Below, piece after piece: positions 24,655-31,173 of a DNA stretch of 32,000 nt. Position numbers and translations under genes: made by a program. This stretch comes from Candidatus Saccharimonadota bacterium (GTDB lineage Bacteria > Patescibacteriota > Saccharimonadia > Saccharimonadales > Saccharimonadaceae). Under the pieces are notes generated by a model. The model saw only the letters and a list, made by a program, of their open reading frames with translations, was not told where the DNA came from and did no database searches. Each line of letters begins with the position of its first letter. Position 1 is the stretch's first letter. The DNA is taken from NCBI GenBank assembly GCA_001029695.1, contig CP011211.1, forward strand, positions 120,001 to 152,000. The letters are read 5' to 3'.

Positions 24655-24796
24655 AAAAGACCGCCACTGCTGACGGTCTTTTCTATATTTTTAAATCGAG
24701 GTGTGTTATTTCAAAACACGGAAAAAGCCGCCAGAAGTTCTGTCGGTAAACCAATACGATCGAGTACTGTGAAAGCTTTTCATCTACCCTATTATA
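24655..24796 (-). promoter_or_regulatory. candidate leader/attenuator: a -10 box, a 25-codon leader ORF with one Trp codon, and two related hairpins each followed by a U-run
   Basis: The minus strand has TATAAT (24796-24791), 7 nt, then ATG 24783 opening MKSFHSTRSYWFTDRTSGGFFRVLK, which ends at 24706. Hairpin 1 is ACCGACAG/CUGGCGGC plus U5 (24747-24722). Hairpin 2 is AGACCGUC/GGCGGUCU plus UUUUAUUAUU (24679-24648). These could simply be tandem terminators of the hydrolase gene. Confidence 0.35.
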
Positions 24797-24804
24797 ACCA
24801 TACT

Positions 24805-25635
24805 TTAATCAATCTCGTCAATTGATTGCACGATCGCTGCAACGATCGCATTTAAGTAGGATTTACTCGATGCTATTTCGTGCCCAGCAATAACTGTTTC
24901 AAGCGTAATATTACTATGTCCGGATTCAAGCATGCGGATATTCTTCTTTACAATAAACGGATCAAGTTTGCCGTAAATGATATGAATAGGAAGTGAAAGT
25001 TTAGCAGCATCCTGCAGTGATGTCTGGTTCTCTATGCTCATCTCAAGCGAGCTTACGATTGCCGGCATAGTTGCATCATCCACACGAAAGCTCTCGTCGA
25101 GGAGCTTTGCTTTTTTGATCGTTAGCGCAAGACGCTTTGCTAGCTCTGTCTTGCTGCGTGTGTAGCTATATACCCTACGGTACATATCATCAGGCTGAGG
25201 AACATCAAGTTTACTCTTTAGCTCCTTGGGAGGCTTATAGAACGGTGGACTACAGAGGAGCAGTGAAGAGACTTTATGCGGAAAAAGTGATGCGAACTGG
25301 ATCGACACGAGACTACCTAGAGAATGTCCGACGAGAAGAACTGGCCCGGTTACGTGAACTGCACGTAGAGTCATGCTTAGAGAGCGAGCATGAACCTCAG
25401 CACTATAGGTCTGCCAATCTGGCTTAGGTGAATCACCAAAACCCAAAAGGTCCACGGTGATAATTCGCACTGGCTGCCCTGCAAGTTTCGTGATAATCGG
25501 CTGCCATACGCGATGTGAGTCAGCGAGTCCATGTACAAGTACGACAGTAAGTTTCGGGTGTTTCGGGTGTATGTCATCACCGACATGTAGCATGTGTGGA
25601 ACTTTTAGCCATCTATGAACGACTGTTTCTATCAT
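24805..25635 (-). CDS. alpha/beta-fold hydrolase
   Basis: LVGHSLGSLVS is the GxSxG nucleophile elbow and VVLVHGLADS is the oxyanion region. A late Asp (GKLDPF) and His (IAGHE) complete a catalytic triad layout. Confidence 0.75.
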   Translation of the reverse strand: MIETVVHRWLKVPHMLHVGDDIHPKHPKLTVVLVHGLADSHRVWQPIITKLAGQPVRIITVDLLGFGDSPKPDWQTYSAEVHARSLSMTLRAVHVTGPVLLVGHSLGSLVSIQFASLFPHKVSSLLLCSPPFYKPPKELKSKLDVPQPDDMYRRVYSYTRSKTELAKRLALTIKKAKLLDESFRVDDATMPAIVSSLEMSIENQTSLQDAAKLSLPIHIIYGKLDPFIVKKNIRMLESGHSNITLETVIAGHEIASSKSYLNAIVAAIVQSIDEID

Positions 25636-25641
25636 CTTTAT

Positions 25642-25650
25642 AGTATATCA
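25642..25650 (-). promoter_or_regulatory. extended -10 box TGATATACT, 6 nt before the hydrolase ATG (leaderless-type)
   Basis: The reverse complement of 25636-25655 is CGCGGTGATATACTATAAAG, directly followed by the ATG at 25635. There is no SD. Confidence 0.45.
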
Positions 25651-25672
25651 CCGCGACAGGGAGACATAACTG

Positions 25673-26308
25673 TTACTTAACAATAATTCCTACAGCGTGA
25701 GCAAGATGCGGCGCAATAGTTACGAGTTGTAATGTATCAATTATCGCGCCCTTCATCGAACTAAGTCCGACGATATCAAGCAGCTGCGAGCTCGTGAGGT
25801 CTACCTTGCTGCATGTGGCATTATGAAAGACGGTGCGCTCAAGCTGAGATGACTGGAATTCGACGGACGATAGCTTAGCAGATCCAAAATCAGTCTCCTG
25901 TAGTGTGCAGTCAACGAAGTTTACTCGCCGTAAGTCGGTCTGTCGAAAGTTGGCATAGTCAAGCTTGCACCCCTTAAATACGACATCATGAAGACTTGTT
26001 TGACTAAAGTCTACGCCAGTTAATCGACAGTTTACAAATTCAGCTCGCACGACCGCTCCGTTACTTAGATGTGCGGATGAAAGATCGCTTGCTTGTATAC
26101 TAACGTCACGCATCGTTACTCGACCAAAATGCGCACCAAGAAAAACCACTTTATCAAGCAGCACACCACTCAGGTCAAGTGCCGCAATACTGATATTTGT
26201 ACCGTCGACGTCGCGTAACTGTACGTCTTCGAGCTCCCCGTCATCGACCATGGTAGCAAGCGTACTGTTTTCTAAAATTTTAGGTAATTTAGGTCGAGAA
26301 AGTATCAT
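25673..26308 (-). CDS. pentapeptide-repeat protein, Qnr/MfpA-like in size and layout
   Basis: Continuous A(D/N)LXX-type pentapeptide units run through about 170 aa (e.g. ANFRQTDLRRVNFVDCTLQETDFGSAKLSSVEFQSSQLERTVF). The C-terminal tail is GAIIDTLQLVTIAPHLAHAVGIIVK. Confidence 0.85.
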   Translation of the reverse strand: MILSRPKLPKILENSTLATMVDDGELEDVQLRDVDGTNISIAALDLSGVLLDKVVFLGAHFGRVTMRDVSIQASDLSSAHLSNGAVVRAEFVNCRLTGVDFSQTSLHDVVFKGCKLDYANFRQTDLRRVNFVDCTLQETDFGSAKLSSVEFQSSQLERTVFHNATCSKVDLTSSQLLDIVGLSSMKGAIIDTLQLVTIAPHLAHAVGIIVK

Positions 26309-26314
26309 ATCTTT

Positions 26315-26323
26315 ATTTTATCA
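26315..26323 (-). promoter_or_regulatory. extended -10 box TGATAAAAT, 6 nt before the pentapeptide-repeat gene ATG (leaderless-type)
   Basis: The reverse complement of 26309-26323 is TGATAAAATAAAGAT, directly followed by the ATG at 26308. It sits immediately after the rpsI terminator. Confidence 0.45.
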
Positions 26324-26325
26324 AA

Positions 26326-26355
26326 TAAAAACACCCCTCCAAATCGGAGGGGTGT
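26326..26355 (-). terminator. rho-independent terminator after rpsI
   Basis: ACACCCCTCC (26331-26340), a 5-nt loop and GGAGGGGTGT (26346-26355) form a 10-bp stem. On the minus strand it is followed by TTTTTATTT. Confidence 0.7.
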
Positions 26356-26373
26356 TTTCGTAGAATGAAACGA

Positions 26374-26772
26374 TTAACGCTTCGAGTACTGTTCGCGCTT
26401 ACGAGCAGAACGAAGGCCGTATTTCTTTCGTTCTTTTTCGCGTGAATCGCGGCGGAGGAACTCAGCCTTTTTAAGCGTACTACGGAGGTCAGAGTGACCT
26501 ACTGTGATAGCTTTTGCGATTGCGAGCTTGATAGCGTCGACCTGGCCAGCGATACCGCCACCAGAGACCTTGATAGTGATGTCAAACTCTTTTTGCTTGC
26601 CAACGAGCGCTAGTGGATCGGTGACTTCAGCAAGATGAGTTTTGTTTTCATCAAGGTACTTTGCTGCAGGCTTGTCATTGATTGTGATGTTGCCTTTACC
26701 AGCGTAGAGACGAGCACGAGCAGTAGCGCTCTTGCGTCGTCCGAGACCGTAGAAGTATTTTCCTTCAGCCAT
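26374..26772 (-). CDS. rpsI: 30S ribosomal protein S9
   Basis: The protein is 132 aa. It begins YGLGRRKSATARARLY and ends LRRDSREKERKKYGLRSARKREQYSKR, the S9 signature C-terminus. Confidence 0.95.
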   Translation of the reverse strand: MAEGKYFYGLGRRKSATARARLYAGKGNITINDKPAAKYLDENKTHLAEVTDPLALVGKQKEFDITIKVSGGGIAGQVDAIKLAIAKAITVGHSDLRSTLKKAEFLRRDSREKERKKYGLRSARKREQYSKR

Positions 26773-26774
26773 GA

Positions 26775-27218
26775 TTATTTAACCTCAACTTTCTCTGGAG
26801 TTTGTGCAGTATGAGCATGCTCAGTACCGACAAATACCTTAAGACGCTTCATGCGCTCAGGAGATAGCTTGTTTTTAGGAAGCATACCCTTTACAGCGGC
26901 TTGGATGATACGCTCAGGATGTTTTTCACGAACTTCCTTAAGTGATGCATCTTTGATTCCGCCAGGGAATCCTGAGTGACGGTAATACGTCTTCTGCGTT
27001 TCTTTATCACCCGTTACGACAGTTTTTTCTGCGTTGATAACAACAACGTAGTCACCACCATCGATATGCGGAGTAAAGGTTGGCTTGTATTTACCAGTAA
27101 GGTAGCTTGCAATCTGTGTTGCAACACGACCAAGAGGTGCCTGCGATGCATCGATAAGGATCCATCGTCGGCTTACTTCAGTCGGTTTTTGTGAATAGGT
27201 TCGTTTACCTACAGACAT
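26775..27218 (-). CDS. rplM: 50S ribosomal protein L13
   Basis: The protein is 147 aa. RRWILIDASQAPLGRVATQIASYLTGKYKPTFTPHIDGGDYVVVINAEK is a canonical L13 sequence. Confidence 0.95.
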   Translation of the reverse strand: MSVGKRTYSQKPTEVSRRWILIDASQAPLGRVATQIASYLTGKYKPTFTPHIDGGDYVVVINAEKTVVTGDKETQKTYYRHSGFPGGIKDASLKEVREKHPERIIQAAVKGMLPKNKLSPERMKRLKVFVGTEHAHTAQTPEKVEVK

Positions 27219-27610
27219 TACGCTTTTGCCTCCTCTTTCGGAACGCTTTTTAGCTCGTCCACGAATTCAATGATGGCAAGTTGCGCACCGTCACCAACAC
27301 GGAGACGAGTACGTACAACACGTACGTGACCGCTGTTTCGTGCAGTGAGTTGCGGTGCAATCTCATCAACTAGCTTGAAAGCTGCCGTCTGCGTTGAAAG
27401 CGCAGCAATAACTTGTCGGCGGTTGTGAAGATCACCCTTCTTTGCCTTTGTAATAACTTTTTCAATGTAACGCGATGTTTCTTTGGCTTTTTGCAAAGTT
27501 GTCTCAATCTTGCCATGCATGACGAGACTTGTTGCAAGACCCTTTAGCAACGCGCGGCGCTGGTCGCGTTCGCGACCAAACTTGCGCCCTTTGTAACCGT
27601 GCCTATGCAT
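27218..27610 (-). CDS. rplQ: 50S ribosomal protein L17
   Basis: The protein is 130 aa. MHRHGYKGRKFGRERDQRRALLKGLATSLVMHGKIETT is a canonical L17 N-terminus. Confidence 0.95.
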   Translation of the reverse strand: MHRHGYKGRKFGRERDQRRALLKGLATSLVMHGKIETTLQKAKETSRYIEKVITKAKKGDLHNRRQVIAALSTQTAAFKLVDEIAPQLTARNSGHVRVVRTRLRVGDGAQLAIIEFVDELKSVPKEEAKA

Positions 27611-27611
27611 G

Positions 27612-28535
27612 TTAGAGTTCCAATTCTGCTAGTTTATCTTTTACTTCATCAAGTGCTTTTGAACCAAAGCCCTTTAGTTCTCGAAGATCCTGCTCAGTCA
27701 ATGTAACGAGGTCGTGAACAGTACGAATTTCGTTGTTCACAAGCGCGTTTGCAGTGCGTGCAGTAAGGTTTAACTCCTCGATTGGAGTGTTTAGCTCACT
27801 TGCCTCTTCTTCGTTTGACTGTCCAAGTGCTGGAGCAGCTTCAACAGTTGTACTACCTGCAAGTGCAGTGTACTGGTTTACGAGGATAGCCGCAGCTTCT
27901 TCGAATGCTTCACGTGGTGTGATAGAACCATCAGTCTCAACCGTTAGGAGGAGCTTATCAAGGTTTGTCTCTTGACCAACACGAGTGCTATCAACCTTAA
28001 ATCGTACACGAAGTACTGGGCTGAATACAGCATCAAGCGCGATCATGTCACTATGAAGACGGCTGATGCTTGAGTCTTCAATTGTGCGGTAGCCACGACC
28101 TGATTCAACAACAAGGTCAACAATAAGTGACTTCTTTGGATCATCAATAGTTGCAATTACCTGATCTGGGTTAACAATCTCAACATCAGCAGATGCTTTG
28201 ATATCAGCAGCAGTAACAACTCCTGCACCCTTTTTCTCAAGACGAAGCTCGATCGGCTGGTCACTGTGGACCTTTAGGCGAACATTCTTGAGGTTAAGCA
28301 TGATGTCAACGACATCTTCCTTAACACCAGCAACCGTTGTGAACTCATGTGTTGCACCTTCGATACGAAATGCTACGATCGCAGCACCTTCGATACTCGA
28401 AAGAAGTACGCGACGGAGGCTATTACCAAGAGTATTACCGTAACCAGCGTGAAGTGGTTCAATCGCAAAAGTTGCACTTGTCGCGCTTTGCTCATCGATG
28501 TTAGCAAGCGCAGGGTTGTGAATAACTTTAGACAT
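27612..28535 (-). CDS. rpoA: DNA-directed RNA polymerase alpha subunit
   Basis: The protein is 307 aa. The N-terminal domain contains FAIEPLHAGYGNTLGNSLRRVLLSSIEGAAI. The C-terminal domain contains LNLTARTANALVNNEIRTVHDLV. Confidence 0.95.
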   Translation of the reverse strand: MSKVIHNPALANIDEQSATSATFAIEPLHAGYGNTLGNSLRRVLLSSIEGAAIVAFRIEGATHEFTTVAGVKEDVVDIMLNLKNVRLKVHSDQPIELRLEKKGAGVVTAADIKASADVEIVNPDQVIATIDDPKKSLIVDLVVESGRGYRTIEDSSISRLHSDMIALDAVFSPVLRVRFKVDSTRVGQETNLDKLLLTVETDGSITPREAFEEAAAILVNQYTALAGSTTVEAAPALGQSNEEEASELNTPIEELNLTARTANALVNNEIRTVHDLVTLTEQDLRELKGFGSKALDEVKDKLAELEL

Positions 28536-28549
28536 TTATAATGCTCCTT

Positions 28550-29176
28550 TTAGCGTGAGTAATACTCAACGATTAGTTGTTCGTTAATATCGGCTTCGGC
28601 CTCTTCGCGCTTTGGAAGACCAGTCACAGTAATCGAAATCTTCTTGTGATCACTCTTAAGCCAGCTAAGCGGACCTTGGATAGAGTTTTTCTCAATATCA
28701 TCGATTTGTGAGAAGTAACCTGATTTTGCACTCTTTGGACGAACAGTAATCTCATCACCTTCTTTAAGACGGATTGATGGAATATCGACACGACGACCGT
28801 TTAGGAGGAAGTGTCCATGACTGACGAGCTGACGTGCACCACGACGACTTGTCGCGAAACCTGCACGGTAAACAGCGTTGTCAAGACGACGCTCTAGGAG
28901 CTGAAGGAGCAATTCACCTGGAAGTACGCCATGTGCGCTTGATCGGTCAGCTTCGTTCATAAGACGAGCGAACTGCTTCTCAAGAAGGCCGTAGGTACGA
29001 CGAACTTTTTGCTTCTCACGGAGTTGAGTCGCATACAAGCTAGGCTTGCTTTGACGTCCGTGAGCATGCTGACCTGGAATACCAGCTTTTTTGGCCATGA
29101 TTTTGTGCGCTTTAGGATGAAGCGCATAGCCTTCACGGCGAGACTGCTTAACAATAGGAGATCTATCTCGTGCCAT
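28550..29176 (-). CDS. rpsD: 30S ribosomal protein S4
   Basis: The protein is 208 aa. The sequence YGLLEKQFARLM...RLDNAVYRAGFATSRRGARQLVSHGHFLLNGRRVDIPS contains the S4 domain. Confidence 0.95.
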   Translation of the reverse strand: MARDRSPIVKQSRREGYALHPKAHKIMAKKAGIPGQHAHGRQSKPSLYATQLREKQKVRRTYGLLEKQFARLMNEADRSSAHGVLPGELLLQLLERRLDNAVYRAGFATSRRGARQLVSHGHFLLNGRRVDIPSIRLKEGDEITVRPKSAKSGYFSQIDDIEKNSIQGPLSWLKSDHKKISITVTGLPKREEAEADINEQLIVEYYSR

Positions 29177-29179
29177 CGT

Positions 29180-29572
29180 TTATGCCCTCCGCGCTTTACG
29201 TGGACGAACACCACCATGTGGTACGCCAGTCACGTCTTTAATACTATCTACAGTAATGTCGAATGCACCGACTGCACGAATCGCAGCGTCACGACCAAGT
29301 CCAACGCCTTTTACGAATACATCCACACTTGAAAGTCCGTGAAGCGCCTTGACGTTTTCAGCGGCTTTTTCCGCAGCAACCTGAGATGCATACGCAGTTC
29401 CCTTTTTGCTTCCACGGAATCCACAAGCGCCAGCGCTTGCAGCAGTGAGTACATTACCTTTTTTGTCAGTAAACGTAACAATTGTATTGTTGAACGTTGC
29501 CTGAATGTGCAGCTGACCAGAAGGAACTGATCGGCGCTGCTTCTTACGAGTTGAAGTTTTTGCATCTGCCAT
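29180..29572 (-). CDS. rpsK: 30S ribosomal protein S11
   Basis: The protein is 130 aa. GQLHIQATFNNTIVTFTDKKGNVLTAASAGACGFRGSKKGTAYA is a canonical S11 sequence. Confidence 0.95.
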   Translation of the reverse strand: MADAKTSTRKKQRRSVPSGQLHIQATFNNTIVTFTDKKGNVLTAASAGACGFRGSKKGTAYASQVAAEKAAENVKALHGLSSVDVFVKGVGLGRDAAIRAVGAFDITVDSIKDVTGVPHGGVRPRKARRA

Positions 29573-29587
29573 AATCTATATTCCTTT

Positions 29588-29974
29588 CTACGTCTTAGAC
29601 GCTGCCTTTTTTTGCGTTCCGCCTACGGCAACTGATTTACCCTTACGAGTTCGTGCATTCGTACGAGTTCGCTGTCCGTTCACTGGAAGTCCTGCTTTGT
29701 GTCGCAACCCGCGATACGCATTGACGTCCTTCAAACGCTTAATATTATTTGTCACCAAGCGCTGTAGGTCGCCTTCGACGGTATAATCGGCATCGATTAT
29801 CTCGCGAATACGTTGTTCTTCAGCCTCGGTGAGATCTTTCACCCGAGTGGTCGGCTCAACTTTTGCCGCCGCAAGGATGGTCGATGCGAAGTGTGGACCG
29901 ATACCGTAGACATATGTCAACGCGATCTGCACTTGCTTTTCTGAAGGGATTACAATCCCTGCAATTCGAGCCAT
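29588..29974 (-). CDS. rpsM: 30S ribosomal protein S13
   Basis: The protein is 128 aa. [30 protein letters not shown] is a canonical S13 N-terminus. Confidence 0.95.
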   Translation of the reverse strand: MARIAGIVIPSEKQVQIALTYVYGIGPHFASTILAAAKVEPTTRVKDLTEAEEQRIREIIDADYTVEGDLQRLVTNNIKRLKDVNAYRGLRHKAGLPVNGQRTRTNARTRKGKSVAVGGTQKKAASKT

Positions 29975-29976
29975 GC

Positions 29977-30093
29977 TTAACCCTGCCTTTGCTTATTCTT
30001 AGGTTTTTTCTTGTTGATGACGCGTAGGACACCTTTACGGCGAACTATTTGATCATCGGGACTGATTTTTTTGACACTCGCACGAACTTTCAT
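29977..30093 (-). CDS. rpmJ: 50S ribosomal protein L36 (Cys-less form)
   Basis: This gene is not in the ORF track because it is only 38 aa. I translated it by hand from the reverse complement: [38 protein letters not shown]. It sits between infA and rpsM as in the conserved operon. Confidence 0.85.
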   Translation of the reverse strand: MKVRASVKKISPDDQIVRRKGVLRVINKKKPKNKQRQG

Positions 30094-30124
30094 GAACGTC
30101 ACAAACTCCAGTTTTCCGTTAAAT

Positions 30125-30349
30125 TTAATCTCGCAGGCGGAAGCTGATTCTGCCCTTCGTAAGATCGTAAGGGGTCAACTCAACTTCTACCTTATCGCCC
30201 GGTACTAGACGGATATAATGCTTTCGCATCTTACCGCTAATGTGGGCAATAATACTATGTCCATTCTCAAGTTCTACCTTAAATTGAGTATTAGGCAGTG
30301 CTTCCACTACCTTTCCCTGCAACTTAATTACTTCCTTTTGACTAGCCAT
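30125..30349 (-). CDS. infA: translation initiation factor IF-1
   Basis: The start is placed at ATG 30347-30349. The 74-aa product [74 protein letters not shown] is a canonical S1-like IF-1. The longer track ORF adds 28 unlikely residues. Confidence 0.9.
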   Translation of the reverse strand: MASQKEVIKLQGKVVEALPNTQFKVELENGHSIIAHISGKMRKHYIRLVPGDKVEVELTPYDLTKGRISFRLRD

Positions 30350-30364
30350 AGTTAACAGTGGTTG

Positions 30365-30393
30365 ATTATACAGTAAATTTCCCACTACGTAAA
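30365..30393 (-). promoter_or_regulatory. candidate infA-proximal promoter TTTACG-17 nt-TATAAT
   Basis: The minus strand has TTTACG (30393-30388), a 17-nt spacer and TATAAT (30370-30365). It lies 15 nt before the infA ATG and there is no SD. Confidence 0.4.
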
Positions 30394-30453
30394 GTGTTTT
30401 AGTAAATTCCATGTCTCCGAATTTCCGGGACATGGAAAGCTTTGATAGTTCTT

Positions 30454-30481
30454 ATTGTAACAAAGTCAGATCTGACGTCAA
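30454..30481 (-). promoter_or_regulatory. candidate infA-distal promoter TTGACG-16 nt-TACAAT with a 12-bp palindrome in the spacer
   Basis: The minus strand has TTGACG (30481-30476) and TACAAT (30459-30454). The perfect palindrome GTCAGATCTGAC lies at 30465-30476. Confidence 0.4.
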
Positions 30482-30495
30482 GTTATAACAAATAT

Positions 30496-30540
30496 CTCAT
30501 CTCTTCACCCCTAAGCGCAGCTTAGATCCAAAGAGATGAG
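30496..30540 (-). terminator. compound hairpin after the 139-aa ORF (terminator-like)
   Basis: The outer stem is CTCATCTCTT/AAGAGATGAG (10 bp) and the inner stem is CTAAGC-nnn-GCTTAG (6 bp). On the minus strand it is followed by ATATTTGTTAT. Confidence 0.45.
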
Positions 30541-30582
30541 GACAGAGGAGAGCGGCTCCAATGAACCTCACCGTTAAAGCAA

Positions 30583-31002
30583 TTACATATCAGAAAATCG
30601 AACATCCCAGCCAAGCCTTAGCCTGTGAGACAGCCCCGAAGGCTCAACTACAGACGCCGAGAACGCTGCTTCAGCACCATAGAACTGGCCTAAGCGAACA
30701 GCGAGGTCATTTGCAAATAGGTTACGCTGACCGTCATAAGCGTCAGTAACCCATTTCCCGATATGGCTCACTACTTCTTTATTAAAAACAAATCGTCTAG
30801 CAGTCAGGATGTCAAACATATATTTGCCATCGGCCCAAGCAAAGAAGTCATCATTCGGTAGGTTATCCTCATAAGCAAAACCAAGAACAATAACAACTGC
30901 ATCTATAACTGGGCGTCTCAGTGCAGCTCTCGCTTCATCAAATTCAAGTGACTTGGCGTATACTCTATGTAACCGTTCGGTAATATGGTTGGATAGTATC
31001 AC
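30583..31002 (-). CDS. hypothetical protein (139 aa), no domain recognised
   Basis: The GTG start has GAGGAGAAG 5 nt upstream. The gene has its own promoter-like element and a downstream hairpin. I recognise no motif (..YAKSLEFDEARAALRRPVIDAVVIVLGFAYEDNLPNDDFFAWADGKYMF..). Confidence 0.55.
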   Translation of the reverse strand: MILSNHITERLHRVYAKSLEFDEARAALRRPVIDAVVIVLGFAYEDNLPNDDFFAWADGKYMFDILTARRFVFNKEVVSHIGKWVTDAYDGQRNLFANDLAVRLGQFYGAEAAFSASVVEPSGLSHRLRLGWDVRFSDM

Positions 31003-31099
31003 GACTTCTCCTCTGTCAGGTACACTGATCTACTCAACGCCGCTCATCGACTAGATACAGGTGTATTATTCGAGTTGGGCGGAGTGTCCAGATAGATTA

Positions 31100-31128
31100 T
31101 TTATACCATAGACCAGTGAACTCATCAA
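31100..31128 (-). promoter_or_regulatory. promoter TTGATG-17 nt-(TGg)TATAAA for the 139-aa ORF
   Basis: The minus strand has TTGATG (31128-31123), a 17-nt spacer and TGGTATAAA (31108-31100). It lies about 90 nt upstream of the GTG start. Confidence 0.5.
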
Positions 31129-31173
31129 AGCATAAGACTAATGCAGTGTACGCCAACCTGTAGTCTCTAATGA

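Noticed and set aside
24353-24804. A T-box riboswitch upstream of trpS was considered. It would be expected for an aaRS gene in Gram-positive-type genomes, and UGGC motifs complementary to the GCCA 3' end of this window's tRNA-Trp occur in both hairpins.
   Set aside because: I find no T-box consensus (AGGGUGGNACCGCG-like) and no stem I features (GA/K-turn, AGAGA, distal loop). There is no terminator directly before trpS. The 270 nt before trpS form an intact 89-codon ORF whose end supplies the trpS SD. The UGGC motifs sit inside the hairpin 3' arms rather than in an antiterminator bulge.
25551-25570. A tandem 9-bp duplication (GTTTCGGGT x2) lies inside the hydrolase gene and encodes HPKHPK.
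   Set aside because: It is in frame, only two copies long and sits in a surface-like N-terminal region. It is most simply a small slippage duplication with no evident regulatory role.
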